64,000 nt of DNA from Candidatus Omnitrophota bacterium (lineage in GTDB: Bacteria; Omnitrophota; Gorgyraeia; Gygaellales; Profunditerraquicolaceae), in assembly GCA_041648915.1 (NCBI GenBank), contig JBAZOC010000001.1:10801-74800 (forward strand), read 5' to 3'. This document shows positions 17,938-28,254 of this stretch, one piece after another; within the stretch, counting starts at the first letter, position 1; each line of letters begins with the position of its first letter. Position numbers and translations under genes: made by a program. Under the pieces are notes generated by a model. It searched no databases. It was not told where the DNA came from and saw only the letters and a list, made by a program, of their open reading frames with translations.

Positions 17938-18681
17938 ATGGTAAAAAATGTTGATCATGATTCAAGAAGGCGGGCAGTTTTAAGCGCAACGATAGATAAG
18001 CATATCCGGCAAGCCAACCCTGTCGCCTCCGAGGATATTGCAGAGTATTTTGATTTAAGCCCGGCCACAATAAGGAATATCTTCGCGGAGCTGGAAGATG
18101 CAGGTTACCTTACGCACCACCATACTTCCGGAGGCAGGATCCCCACGGATAAAGGCTACCGCTATTACGTTGATTTTCTTGTTTTACAGATGAGCCTCCT
18201 GGAGGGAGAGAAGAATAATATTATCCGGGAATTTAGAAAGGAAATCCGGCGCCTGGAAGACGCCTTAGAAGAGACATCCGGGCTCATCTCCCAGATTACG
18301 CATTACGCGGGAATAGTTTCCTTCCTGGGCTGGCAGGATAAGATGTTTTATAAAGGCTTAAGCTGTATTTTGGACCAGCCGGAGTTTAAGGACTCGCAGA
18401 AGATTAAGCTGCTTATTGAACTTATCGAGGATAAGCGGAATATTTTAGAGATCATTAACCGCGATTTTAATGACCGGGTCAAGGTTTATATCGGTCATGA
18501 ATTAGGCCGTCCGGAGATGGAGAATTGCTCCCTGGTTGTTTCGAGTTACCGCCGTAGAAATAAACCGCAAGGACGCCTGGCGGTTTTAGGTCCGGTGCGC
18601 ATGGAATACAGCCATATTATTCCGGCGCTGGAGTATATCTCAGAGGTGTTAAGCGAGGCATTGGAGAATATTGAACAATGA
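17938..18681 (+). CDS. hrcA: heat-inducible transcription repressor HrcA (short, 247 aa)
   Basis: The N-terminal winged-helix region has RRRAVLSATIDKHIRQANPVASEDIA and SPATIRN, followed by SGGRIPTDKGYRYYVD. It sits at the head of grpE-dnaK-dnaJ. Confidence 0.85.
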   Translation: MVKNVDHDSRRRAVLSATIDKHIRQANPVASEDIAEYFDLSPATIRNIFAELEDAGYLTHHHTSGGRIPTDKGYRYYVDFLVLQMSLLEGEKNNIIREFRKEIRRLEDALEETSGLISQITHYAGIVSFLGWQDKMFYKGLSCILDQPEFKDSQKIKLLIELIEDKRNILEIINRDFNDRVKVYIGHELGRPEMENCSLVVSSYRRRNKPQGRLAVLGPVRMEYSHIIPALEYISEVLSEALENIEQ

Positions 18682-19202
18682 ATGAACCTAAGCCGAATAA
18701 TAAAGAAGAGAAGACGGTCTCTTTGAAAGAATCCGAATATTTGAAATTAAAAGAAGATGCGGATAAGGTAAAAGAGCTTACGGATAAGGCCTTACGCTTA
18801 CAGGCGGACTTTGAAAATACGCGTAAGCGCCTGGAAAAGGAAAAACAGGATTTTGTAAAGTTTGCGAATGAGGGGATTATTCTGGAATTATTAAATGTCC
18901 TGGATGATCTGGAGCGCAGCGTGAGCCTCGCCGAAACACACAAGGATGATTTAACGGTTTTTCTTAAGGGTGTGGAAATGATCCTGGCCCACCTCTATGA
19001 AATGCTTAAGGAGTACGGCTTAAAATCTATTGAGGCGGAAGGAAAGATATTTGACCCGCATTATCATGAAGCATTGCTGCAAATTGAAGATAAGGATTTG
19101 CCTGAACATACGGTAGTAGAGGAAATGCAGAAGGGTTATTTGTTGAATGAGAGAGTAATTAGAACAGCGAAAGTAAAAGTTTCTAAAAAAACAGGAGGTT
19201 AA
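18678..19202 (+). CDS. grpE: nucleotide exchange factor GrpE
   Basis: 174 aa with [13 protein letters not shown] and a C-terminal [14 protein letters not shown]. Confidence 0.92.
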   Translation: MNEPKPNNKEEKTVSLKESEYLKLKEDADKVKELTDKALRLQADFENTRKRLEKEKQDFVKFANEGIILELLNVLDDLERSVSLAETHKDDLTVFLKGVEMILAHLYEMLKEYGLKSIEAEGKIFDPHYHEALLQIEDKDLPEHTVVEEMQKGYLLNERVIRTAKVKVSKKTGG

Positions 19203-19204
19203 CT

Positions 19205-21100
19205 ATGGCTAAAGTTATCGGTATTGACCTGGGGACATCAAATTCAGCGGCAGCGGTTATGGAAGGCGGCCGGCCGGTGATTATCCCGTCGGCTGAAGGC
19301 GCGGGAGTTGCTTCGGGAAAGGCATTCCCTTCTTACGTTGCTTTTACCAAAGACGGCCAGCGTCTGGTTGGCGAGCCGGCGCGGCGCCAGGCAGCGATTA
19401 ATGCCGAAGGCACGGTCCAGGCAGCTAAACGCAAAATGGGCACAGACTTTAAATTCAAGGTTTTCGGTAAAGAATACACGCCGCAGCAGATATCGGCGTT
19501 TATTTTGCAGAAAATCAAACAGGATGCCGAAGCCTATCTGGGAGATAAAGTCGAGGAGGTAGTAATTACCTGTCCGGCTTATTTTGACGATAATCAGCGT
19601 CAGGCAACTAAAGATGCCGGAGAGATTGCCGGGTTGAAAGTCCTGCGGATTATTAATGAGCCTACGGCGGCCTGCCTAGCTTATGGCTTGGAGAAGGCCC
19701 AGAAGTCCCAGAAGATCATGGTTTTTGATTTAGGCGGCGGAACTCTGGACGTAACCATAATGGAGATGGAACAAGGTGTATTCCACGTGCAATCGACTTC
19801 CGGGGATACGCAATTAGGCGGCACGGATATGGATAAAGTGCTGCTTGAATATATCGCCGGGCAATTCAAGCGCGAAACAGGCATAGACCTGATGAATGAC
19901 AAGATGGCGGTGCAAAGAGTCCGCGAGGCCGCGGAAAAGGCCAAGATTGAATTATCTTCGACGGTGAGCACAGATATAAACCTGCCATTTATTACCGCGG
20001 ATGCCCAAGGCCCCAAGCATTTAACTATGTCCATAACCCGGGCAAAATTGGAAGACCTTGTTTTGCCGATCATTGAACGCTGTAAACATCCGATGGAACA
20101 GGCGTTGGGCGATGCGAAGCTAAATGCTAAAGAGATAGACCGGATCATTATGGTCGGCGGACCTACGCGGATGCCGATAGTGCAAAAATTTGTAGAGGAC
20201 TATGTAGGTAAGAAGATTGAGCGCGGGGTTGATCCTATGGAATGCGTAGCTTTAGGTGCCGCAGTCCAGGCTGCGATTATCAAGGGTGATGTCAAGGATG
20301 TCCTGCTGCTCGATGTGACTCCGCTATCTCTAGGTATAGAGACGCTGGGGGGAGTAAATACAAAATTAATTGAAAGGAATGCTTCTATTCCCACGCAAAA
20401 GAGCCAGGTATTCTCTACGGCTGCGGATAACCAGACCGCGGTAACTATCCGCGTCTTGCAGGGTGAGCGGCCGATGGCTGATGATAACGTGGAACTGGGA
20501 AGGTTTGATCTGGTAGGTATTCCTAGCGCGCCCCGCGGCGTTCCGCAGATTGAAGTGAAATTTGATATTGACCGCGATGGCATTGTGCATGTTTCCGCTA
20601 AAGACTTAGGCACGGGTAAGGAGCAGTCCATCCGCATCACTGCGCCTAAGAAATTATCTAAAGAAGAAATTGATAAAATGGTTAAAGACGCCGAGAGGTT
20701 TGCTGCGGATGACACCAAGAAGAAGGAAGAAATAGAAACTATTAATCAGGCAGATAACCTGGTTTATGCCACCGAGAAATCCTTGAAAGACTATGGCGAT
20801 AAGGTATCGCAAGCCGAGCGCGCCGATATTGAGGCCAAGGCTAATGATTTAAAAGCCGCTATAAAAGATAAAAATGTAGAGAGAATCAAGAAAGGGATGG
20901 AAGATTTAGGCCGCGCTTCGCATAAGTTGGCAGAAGAGATTTATAAACAGGCTGCAAGTAAAGGGCAGTCGCAGCAGGGGCAGGCGGCAGGCGCCGGCGC
21001 GGATGCCAGCCAGGGCCAGGCTTCCAAGGAGCCCAAGGAAGACAAAAAAGAAGATATTATTGACGCAGATTTTAAGGAAGAAGACGGCGATAAAAAATAA
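19205..21100 (+). CDS. dnaK: molecular chaperone DnaK (Hsp70)
   Basis: 631 aa with [18 protein letters not shown] and a full Hsp70 layout. Confidence 0.98.
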   Translation: MAKVIGIDLGTSNSAAAVMEGGRPVIIPSAEGAGVASGKAFPSYVAFTKDGQRLVGEPARRQAAINAEGTVQAAKRKMGTDFKFKVFGKEYTPQQISAFILQKIKQDAEAYLGDKVEEVVITCPAYFDDNQRQATKDAGEIAGLKVLRIINEPTAACLAYGLEKAQKSQKIMVFDLGGGTLDVTIMEMEQGVFHVQSTSGDTQLGGTDMDKVLLEYIAGQFKRETGIDLMNDKMAVQRVREAAEKAKIELSSTVSTDINLPFITADAQGPKHLTMSITRAKLEDLVLPIIERCKHPMEQALGDAKLNAKEIDRIIMVGGPTRMPIVQKFVEDYVGKKIERGVDPMECVALGAAVQAAIIKGDVKDVLLLDVTPLSLGIETLGGVNTKLIERNASIPTQKSQVFSTAADNQTAVTIRVLQGERPMADDNVELGRFDLVGIPSAPRGVPQIEVKFDIDRDGIVHVSAKDLGTGKEQSIRITAPKKLSKEEIDKMVKDAERFAADDTKKKEEIETINQADNLVYATEKSLKDYGDKVSQAERADIEAKANDLKAAIKDKNVERIKKGMEDLGRASHKLAEEIYKQAASKGQSQQGQAAGAGADASQGQASKEPKEDKKEDIIDADFKEEDGDKK

Positions 21101-22206
21101 TGTCAGCGGCTAAGCGTGATTATTATGAAATATTGGGCGTGCATAAGAATGCCAGCCTGGATGAAGTAAAAAAGGCCTATCGTGAACTAGCCTTAAAATT
21201 TCATCCTGACCGGGTGCCGCATGAACAGAAAAAAGAGGCCGAAGAAAAATTCAAGGAGATCTCTGAATCCTATGCCGTTTTATCCGATTCACAAAAACGC
21301 GCCCTCTATGACCAGTACGGACATTCCGGAATAGACCAAAAATACGCGCAGGAAGATATTTTTAAGGGAGCGGATTTTAGCAGCGTCTTCCGGGACCTGG
21401 GCGATTTTGGCCTGGGCGGAGGGTTGTTTGATGAGATATTCAGTGATTTAGGCTATGATTTCTTTGGCGGCAGGTCAGCCCGCGCTTCCGGCGGCCGGCG
21501 GAACAGGGGAAGAGACCTGCAGATTTCTGTCAGTATCACTTTAGAAGAGGCAGCTATAGGTACGGAAAAAACAATCACGGTGCCGCGCTACGAAACCTGT
21601 CCTGTTTGTTCGGGCACAGGCGCCAGGCCCGGGACAAGAAAAACCACCTGTCCTCAATGTAAAGGTTCAGGGCATACGGTTGTCGGCTCAAGAGGTTTTT
21701 TTATACAGCAAACCTGTTCCCGCTGTTCGGGAGAGGGAGCAGTAATACAATCCCCTTGTCCGGAATGCCGCGGCGAAGGCAGAACCAAGATAACCCGTAA
21801 GATAAAAGTGAAGATTCCCGCCGGGGTAGATACGGGTTCTCACTTAAGGGTACGCGGTGAAGGTGAGGTGGGGACCGCCTCCAAAGGGGATTTATATGTT
21901 ATTATAGAAATAATGCCGCATTCTGTTTTCCAGAGGCATGGTAATGATATCTTAATCGAGGTAGGCCTAAATTTGAGCAAGGCTGTGTTGGGCGGAGATA
22001 TTATTGTTCCGACGCTTAAAGGCAGGGCGGATATGAAAATTCCCGCGGGTACGCAAACAGGCAGTATTTTTAGGCTTAAAGCTAAAGGTATCCCGGATGT
22101 GCATGGCCGGGGCATAGGAGATGAATTAGTCAGGGTAAACGTAGAAATCCCCAAAAGGCTTACACCGGAACAGCGCAGGCTCATAGAAGAGTTTAGCCGC
22201 CTTTAG
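21100..22206 (+). CDS. dnaJ: molecular chaperone DnaJ
   Basis: 368 aa. Has a J-domain with HPD, a G/F region, and four CxxCxG zinc motifs. Confidence 0.96.
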   Translation: MSAAKRDYYEILGVHKNASLDEVKKAYRELALKFHPDRVPHEQKKEAEEKFKEISESYAVLSDSQKRALYDQYGHSGIDQKYAQEDIFKGADFSSVFRDLGDFGLGGGLFDEIFSDLGYDFFGGRSARASGGRRNRGRDLQISVSITLEEAAIGTEKTITVPRYETCPVCSGTGARPGTRKTTCPQCKGSGHTVVGSRGFFIQQTCSRCSGEGAVIQSPCPECRGEGRTKITRKIKVKIPAGVDTGSHLRVRGEGEVGTASKGDLYVIIEIMPHSVFQRHGNDILIEVGLNLSKAVLGGDIIVPTLKGRADMKIPAGTQTGSIFRLKAKGIPDVHGRGIGDELVRVNVEIPKRLTPEQRRLIEEFSRL

Positions 22207-22216
22207 GCATAAGCCA

Positions 22217-22244
22217 TTGACAGGGGTAATTTTACTGATAAAAT
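22217..22244 (+). promoter_or_regulatory. sigma70 promoter candidate (TTGACA-16 nt-TAAAAT, TG-extended)
   Basis: TTGACA at 22217-22222, TG at 22236-22237 and TAAAAT at 22239-22244. Confidence 0.5.
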
Positions 22245-22278
22245 AAGAAACCTCTGGATAAAAATTAAGGAGAAATTA

Positions 22279-22548
22279 ATGCCGACCTATGAATACGAAT
22301 GCAGGAATTGCAATAAGGTTTTTGATATATTTCAAAAGATTACCGATAAACCTATTGAAAAATGCCCTAAGTGCCATAAGAAAGTCAGCCGGCTTATTGG
22401 CGGCGGTTCGGGTATAATCTTTAAGGGTGCAGGATTCTATGCTACGGATTACCGTAAATCTTCCGCTAAGCATATTTCTCCTAAAGGGAAGTCCGGGGCC
22501 TGCCCCTCTAAAAACTCAGAATGCAACAGTTGTCCGCATGCCCGTTGA
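22279..22548 (+). CDS. FmdB-family zinc-ribbon protein
   Basis: 89 aa. MPTYEYECRNCNKVFD...CPKCH is the canonical FmdB/CxxC zinc-ribbon start. Confidence 0.75.
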   Translation: MPTYEYECRNCNKVFDIFQKITDKPIEKCPKCHKKVSRLIGGGSGIIFKGAGFYATDYRKSSAKHISPKGKSGACPSKNSECNSCPHAR

Positions 22549-22554
22549 CAGGCA

Positions 22555-23847
22555 ATGATAAAAATTAAACCTTTCCAAGCGGTTTTTTATAATCAGGAAA
22601 AGATCAAAGACCTATCTGCCGTAACCTGCCCTCCCTATGATGTAATTTCGCCTCGGCAGCAGGATTATTACCACAAGCTTAATCCTTATAATTATATCCA
22701 TATACTTTTAGGCAAAGATATATCCGGTGAAGATAAATACGACCGGGCCGGCCTGCTGTTTAAGCATTGGCTCAAAAACAAGATTCTCATCCAGGATACC
22801 CATCCGGCAGTATATTTTTACAGTCAGCAGTATAATATTAAAGGAGAAAAGAAGACCCGTTTAGGGTTTATTGCGCTTTTGGGGCTTGGCGATAAGGATG
22901 CTCCAGTGTTCGGCCACGAGCATACGCGGATAGAGGCAAAGGAAGACCGCTTAAACCTTATCCGTAAGGTTAATGCTAATTTAAGCCCGGTATTCATTAT
23001 TGCTAATGATCAGCAGCGGGTTATCCAGCGTTTATATGAGCAATATGCCAAAGATAAGCCGGCATTTATGGAGGCAAGGGATTATGAGAAAACTCTGCAT
23101 AGGATATGGAGGATAGATGCACCCGTAGCGCTGAATATGCTGCAGTCAGGGATGCGGAAAGAAATGGCCTTTATCGCGGATGGACACCATCGCTACGAAG
23201 TCGCCTGTGTTTATAGGGATGAGTGGGAGAAGAAGCTCGGGGATAAACTTCCGGAGGAGTCAAGTTTTAATTATACCCTGGCCTATTTTACTAATACCGA
23301 CCAGCGCGGGTTATCCATACTCCCCCTGCACCGCCTGTTAAGACTGGAAAAGGGAATAAATTTAGAAAAGCTTATCCCGGCGTTAAAAAATTATTTTGAT
23401 GTTGAGGAAGTTAAGGATAAAACCCGTTTTTTCTTCCTGATGGCCAAAGGCGGCCGCGCTGAACATCTCCTGGGGATGTATAAAGATAAAAAATACCGTT
23501 TACTGCGCTTAAAAAATATTAAAATATTGGATAAGTTGCTCAATGATAAACCTGAAGCATACCGCTCGTTAGACGTGGCTATTTTGAATCATATTATATT
23601 TAATGATATACTGGGGTACGCGGGAACAGGTAAAGATAACCTTAACTATAGCCCCAATGCGGAGGAATTCATCGTGTCGGCAGATAAAGACCCTTCCAGT
23701 ATCGCCTTTTTTTTAAATCCGGTAAAGATAGAACAAATTATGGCGGTAGCCCTGAGTGGCAATAAAATGCCGGCGAAATCCACCTATTTTTATCCTAAGG
23801 TTCTCTCGGGTTTGCTGGTTAACAAGCATACAGCGGAAGGAGAGTAG
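22555..23847 (+). CDS. DUF1015-family protein
   Basis: 430 aa. N-terminal IKPFQAVFYN...CPPYDVIS and FIADGHHRYE match my recollection of DUF1015. Confidence 0.7.
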   Translation: MIKIKPFQAVFYNQEKIKDLSAVTCPPYDVISPRQQDYYHKLNPYNYIHILLGKDISGEDKYDRAGLLFKHWLKNKILIQDTHPAVYFYSQQYNIKGEKKTRLGFIALLGLGDKDAPVFGHEHTRIEAKEDRLNLIRKVNANLSPVFIIANDQQRVIQRLYEQYAKDKPAFMEARDYEKTLHRIWRIDAPVALNMLQSGMRKEMAFIADGHHRYEVACVYRDEWEKKLGDKLPEESSFNYTLAYFTNTDQRGLSILPLHRLLRLEKGINLEKLIPALKNYFDVEEVKDKTRFFFLMAKGGRAEHLLGMYKDKKYRLLRLKNIKILDKLLNDKPEAYRSLDVAILNHIIFNDILGYAGTGKDNLNYSPNAEEFIVSADKDPSSIAFFLNPVKIEQIMAVALSGNKMPAKSTYFYPKVLSGLLVNKHTAEGE

Positions 23848-24687
23848 ATGGCGCTCTTCGGTAAGCCAAAGTATACGATTGTAAGAGTAAAGAAGAAAGA
23901 GATACCCGATGGACTATGGACTAAATGCGTAGAATGTTCCGAAACCCTTTACAATAAAACTATTGAGGAGAACCTTAAGGTTTGTCCCAAGTGCGGGTAC
24001 CATTTTTCTCTGAGTGCCTACGAGAGGGTAGCTATGCTTCTGGACAAAGATACTTTCCGCGAGTACGATGCGGATATGCTCTCCGCAGACCCCCTGGATT
24101 TTAAGGGGCCTAAGACTTATAAGGATAAGCTCGCTCAAGACCAGCAGCTAACCGGCTTGAAAGATGCGGTTATTTCGGGCGAAGGATGGCTGGATGGCCG
24201 AAAGACCGTTATTGCAGTTACCGATTCGCGCTTCATTATGGGTTCGATGGGTTCGGTAGTAGGAGAAAAAATAACCCGGGCTATTGAAACGGCGATTAAA
24301 AACAAGCTCCCCGTGGTTATTATTTCTGGATCAGGCGGCGGGGCAAGGATGTATGAAGGGATGCTCAGCCTTATGCAGATGTCCAAGACCTGCGCGGCCT
24401 TAAGCCGCCACCACAACGCGGGCCTGGCGTATATTTCCGTACTTACTAATCCGACTATGGGCGGAGTGATGGCTTCTTTCGCCGGAGTAGGCGATATTAT
24501 CATTGCCGAGCCCCGCGCGTTAATCGGATTTGCTGGCCCGAGGGTGATTGAACAGACGATAAGGCAAAAGTTGCCCTCTGGATTCCAGCGTTCGGAATTT
24601 TTACTTGAACACGGGCTTATTGATATGATTGTGCAGCGTAAAGATTTAAAGCTCACTTTGAGCCAATTACTTGATTATTTAAGTTAA
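23848..24687 (+). CDS. accD: acetyl-CoA carboxylase carboxyltransferase beta subunit
   Basis: 279 aa. N-terminal zinc ribbon CVECSE...CPKCGYH and a GSMGSVVGEK carboxyltransferase core. Confidence 0.92.
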   Translation: MALFGKPKYTIVRVKKKEIPDGLWTKCVECSETLYNKTIEENLKVCPKCGYHFSLSAYERVAMLLDKDTFREYDADMLSADPLDFKGPKTYKDKLAQDQQLTGLKDAVISGEGWLDGRKTVIAVTDSRFIMGSMGSVVGEKITRAIETAIKNKLPVVIISGSGGGARMYEGMLSLMQMSKTCAALSRHHNAGLAYISVLTNPTMGGVMASFAGVGDIIIAEPRALIGFAGPRVIEQTIRQKLPSGFQRSEFLLEHGLIDMIVQRKDLKLTLSQLLDYLS

Positions 24688-24739
24688 ATTTAATATAATT
24701 ATACTAAGCTACTCTTAACCAAACATAAGAAGGAGAAAG

Positions 24740-25843
24740 ATGGCACAGGTCAGCTTGAATAACGTCTGTAAGGTTTTTGCGGGCAACGTAAAAGCGGTAG
24801 ATAATGTAAATATAGGCATTGAAAATAAAGAGTTTATGGTCCTGGTCGGCCCCTCCGGATGCGGAAAATCTACGACCCTGAGGATGATCGCCGGCCTGGA
24901 GGATATAAGTTCGGGGGATATCTATATAGGCAATAAGAAGGTGAATGACGTCCCGGCAAAAGACAGAGATATTGCCATGGTCTTCCAGAATTATGCCCTT
25001 TATCCGCATATGACCGTATTTGAAAATATGTCCTTTGGCTTGCGCCTGCGGCGCATGCCGAAAGGAGAGATCGCCCAGCGGGTAAATGAGGCCGCGGATA
25101 TACTAGGCATAAAGAAATTATTACGTCGCCGGCCCAAGGAACTTTCCGGAGGCGAGCGCCAGCGGGTAGCCGTGGGAAGGGCGATTGTGAGGAAACCAAT
25201 GGTTTTTTTGTTTGACGAGCCCTTAAGCAACCTTGATGCTAAGATGCGCGTCCAGATGCGCACCGAAATCCATAAACTGCATATCCGGCTCCAAACTACC
25301 ATAATCTATGTTACGCATGACCAGATCGAAGCTATGACTATGGGCGACCGGATCGCGGTGATGAAGGACGGCCTGCTGAACCAGGTTGCCGATCCAATTA
25401 CTGTTTACGACCATCCTAAGAATAAATTTGTAGCCGGTTTTATCGGCTCCCCGCCGATGAATTTTATGTCAGGGAAAATTATCAAGAAAGACGGCCGGCT
25501 CTATTTTGATGAAGGCAAGATCCAGGTCAAGCTGGTTGATGATATGCGCCAAAAGATGAATGCCTATATCGATAAAGAAGTGATCTTTGGCCTACGCTCC
25601 GAAGATATTTATGATAAGCTTTTTGTCTCTGAAGCGCCGCCGGAAAATATCGTGAAAGTCAACTGCGAGGTTTACGAGCCTATGGGTTCGGAAGTTTACC
25701 TTTATTTAAATACCGGAAAGCATACTTTTATTGCCCGCGTAGGCGCGCATGACCGGCCCAAGATCAACCAGGATATGGACCTTGTCTTTGATATGAGCAA
25801 GGCCCACTTTTTTGATAAAAATAGCGAAGAGACGATTGTTTAA
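24740..25843 (+). CDS. ABC transporter ATP-binding protein, MalK/UgpC/MsiK-type (sugar importer ATPase)
   Basis: 367 aa. Walker [10 protein letters not shown], signature LSGGERQR, Walker [12 protein letters not shown], and a C-terminal regulatory TOBE-like domain. Confidence 0.9.
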   Translation: MAQVSLNNVCKVFAGNVKAVDNVNIGIENKEFMVLVGPSGCGKSTTLRMIAGLEDISSGDIYIGNKKVNDVPAKDRDIAMVFQNYALYPHMTVFENMSFGLRLRRMPKGEIAQRVNEAADILGIKKLLRRRPKELSGGERQRVAVGRAIVRKPMVFLFDEPLSNLDAKMRVQMRTEIHKLHIRLQTTIIYVTHDQIEAMTMGDRIAVMKDGLLNQVADPITVYDHPKNKFVAGFIGSPPMNFMSGKIIKKDGRLYFDEGKIQVKLVDDMRQKMNAYIDKEVIFGLRSEDIYDKLFVSEAPPENIVKVNCEVYEPMGSEVYLYLNTGKHTFIARVGAHDRPKINQDMDLVFDMSKAHFFDKNSEETIV

Positions 25844-25858
25844 CGGAAAAATATTCCT

Positions 25859-27160
25859 ATGGCCATTTTTTCTTTAGGAAAAAATTTTCCCCTCAAAGTT
25901 ACTGCCTGCGTAATTTTATTCCTGCTCCTTTATTTTATCTTTCCCTTAAATCTTGCCAGGTTCATCAGTCCGCACAACCTGAAATATCTTTTTCTATTCT
26001 ATTTGGTTAATATTGTTATAGTCTGCTATATTTTAAGAAAAAATTTCGCCGCAAAATACTCCCTCGATTCGCGCGCCCAGGAGGTCCAGGAAAGATTTAA
26101 TCTCTTAAGCGTGGAATATTCCAAGGAAAATAAAAATAATATTGCCCTGAAAGAAAAATACAGGCGTTACAACAGTTTAAAGAGCATACTGGAAGAGATA
26201 AATAAAAGCCTGGATTTGGACACGGTGGCGGATGCCTTTGCCTCTGAAGCGTTCTCGCTTATCGCAAACAATCAAGGAGTCTGCGTGTTATACCTGGTAG
26301 ATAACCAGACCCAGAAGCTCGTGCTCTTTAAGGCTAAGCGGCAGGACTCTGGCTTGGTCATTAAAGCCAAGGAGGGGAATATTTTTGATTTATGGGTGTT
26401 AAGGCATAATAGCCCTTTATGGGTGGAAGACATTAAGAATGATTTTCGTTTTGACCCCGAGAAACTGAAGCTTCAGGACACCCGGCCTGTCTCCTCGCTC
26501 ATCGCCGCGCCATTTATCAGCGAAAATAAATTTTTAGGTATCATCAGGCTGGATAATCTGGATAAGTATTTTTTTTCCCAGGATGACCTAAGGTTCCTGG
26601 TTTCTGTTTCTGACCTGGGGGCGGTGGCCTTAGAAAATAGCGAGCTTTTTAAGAGAACGCAGGATTTAGCCATACATGATGCGTTGACCTCTCTTTACAC
26701 AAAAGGTTACTTCGCCGAACGCCTTAAAGGGGAGTGCAAGAGGTGCACCCGGCAGAAGATGCCCTTATCCCTGTTGATGCTGGATATCGATTTATTCAAA
26801 AATTATAACGATAAATTCGGGCATACCGCCGGCGATATTGTGTTAAAAAAAGTAAGCCAGATTATTACCAGTTTCCTGAATAATTTCAACCCGATCATCA
26901 GCCGTTTGGGAGGAGAAGAGTTCTGTGCTATTATTGCCGGCCTGAATAAAGAAAGCGCTCTAGGGGTCGCGGAAAAGTTGTGCCGCAGGATAGAAGAGGA
27001 AAAGATAATATTACGCCGCGAAGAAAGCCATATTACCGTATCCATAGGGGTGGCTACTTTTCCGGCTGACGCTACCGAGGAAGATGAATTGCTCCAGCGG
27101 GCGGATAAGGCAATGTATAAGGCTAAGCAAAAAGGAAGGAACCAGGTATGCTCTATTTAG
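25859..27160 (+). CDS. membrane-anchored GAF-GGDEF diguanylate cyclase
   Basis: 433 aa. Two N-terminal TM helices, a coiled coil, a GAF-like region, and an intact GGEEF (RLGGEEF). No RxxD I-site is present. Confidence 0.8.
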   Translation: MAIFSLGKNFPLKVTACVILFLLLYFIFPLNLARFISPHNLKYLFLFYLVNIVIVCYILRKNFAAKYSLDSRAQEVQERFNLLSVEYSKENKNNIALKEKYRRYNSLKSILEEINKSLDLDTVADAFASEAFSLIANNQGVCVLYLVDNQTQKLVLFKAKRQDSGLVIKAKEGNIFDLWVLRHNSPLWVEDIKNDFRFDPEKLKLQDTRPVSSLIAAPFISENKFLGIIRLDNLDKYFFSQDDLRFLVSVSDLGAVALENSELFKRTQDLAIHDALTSLYTKGYFAERLKGECKRCTRQKMPLSLLMLDIDLFKNYNDKFGHTAGDIVLKKVSQIITSFLNNFNPIISRLGGEEFCAIIAGLNKESALGVAEKLCRRIEEEKIILRREESHITVSIGVATFPADATEEDELLQRADKAMYKAKQKGRNQVCSI

Positions 27161-28143
27161 GGGCGCTTATCCTGTCGACTATTTTAGCTACCCTGGTTTT
27201 AAAAAGGGTATTGCAGGGGGCTTTGTGCAAAAAAGAGGCCCATCTGAAAAACCTGGAATCCGAATACACGGTGCTCTCTGAAGAAAAGTCCCGGCTCAAA
27301 AAGGATAATCTGGATATTGAGGGGACAGTTAATGAAACAATAGCGCTTTATAACATAACTAAGGATATCTGTAAGACGCTTGATGAAAAGAAGGTATTCG
27401 CAATCTTTCGGGAACGCCTAAGTGACTATCTTAAAATAGGAGACTGCCGGTTTCTGGATAAAGATGCGGATTTGTCTTTTTATACGGGAAGCATGGTCTT
27501 TCCTTTAATTATCCAGCAGGATACGATTGGTTATCTCATCGCCAGCCAAATCCAAGAAGAAGATAAGGAGAGGTTCCAGATCCTCGCCCAACAGTTCTTA
27601 ATTGGGCTCAAAAGAGCGCTCCTTTATAAAAAAATGCAGGAATTAGCGATTACCGACAGCCTGACGCAGTTGTTCAGCCGGAGGCATTTTCTTGACCGCT
27701 TCGGTGAAGAGCTGAACCGGTCAAAAAAATTTAAATACAATTTTTCCTTTCTTATGGTTGATATAGATAAATTCAAAGAATTTAACGATAAATACGGGCA
27801 TTTGGTAGGTGACGCTATATTAAGAGAGGTTTCCCGGACCATTAAAGAGACTATCCGGCAGATTGATTTTGTAGGTAGGTATGGAGGGGAGGAATTATCC
27901 ATTATCCTGGTGGAAACGGATAAGGAGCAGGCGCGTTTTGCCGCAGAGCGTCTGAGGCAGGCTGTAGAAGCAAAAAATATCAGGGTATATGACGAGGAAT
28001 TAAAGGTTACCATCAGTATAGGTATAACTACTTTTTCCCGGGGCAGAGAGACAATAGAGCAACTTATTGAATCCGCGGATAAAGCCTTGTACGCGGCCAA
28101 GCAGGCAGGCAGGAATAGAGTCTGTGTGTATGCGCCAGAATAG
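27148..28143 (+). CDS. membrane-anchored GGDEF-domain protein (GGEEL variant, with RxxD I-site)
   Basis: 331 aa. One TM helix, a coiled coil, and a GGDEF domain reading RQIDFVGRYGGEEL. Start overlaps the upstream paralogue by 13 nt. Confidence 0.8.
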   Translation: MLYLGALILSTILATLVLKRVLQGALCKKEAHLKNLESEYTVLSEEKSRLKKDNLDIEGTVNETIALYNITKDICKTLDEKKVFAIFRERLSDYLKIGDCRFLDKDADLSFYTGSMVFPLIIQQDTIGYLIASQIQEEDKERFQILAQQFLIGLKRALLYKKMQELAITDSLTQLFSRRHFLDRFGEELNRSKKFKYNFSFLMVDIDKFKEFNDKYGHLVGDAILREVSRTIKETIRQIDFVGRYGGEELSIILVETDKEQARFAAERLRQAVEAKNIRVYDEELKVTISIGITTFSRGRETIEQLIESADKALYAAKQAGRNRVCVYAPE

Positions 28144-28215
28144 CCTTTCTTAAAGAATATCCCTTGTAGCTTTTAGATTTTTATGCTAACCTAACTGAAT
28201 ATTTGGCGTAATAGC

Positions 28216-28242
28216 TTGTTAGCCCTTATTTTTTGATATAAA
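28216..28242 (+). promoter_or_regulatory. extended -10 promoter candidate (TTGTTA-15 nt-TGaTATAAA)
   Basis: TTGTTA at 28216-28221, TG at 28234-28235 and TATAAA at 28237-28242. Confidence 0.4.
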
Positions 28243-28254
28243 ATAATCCTTGAT

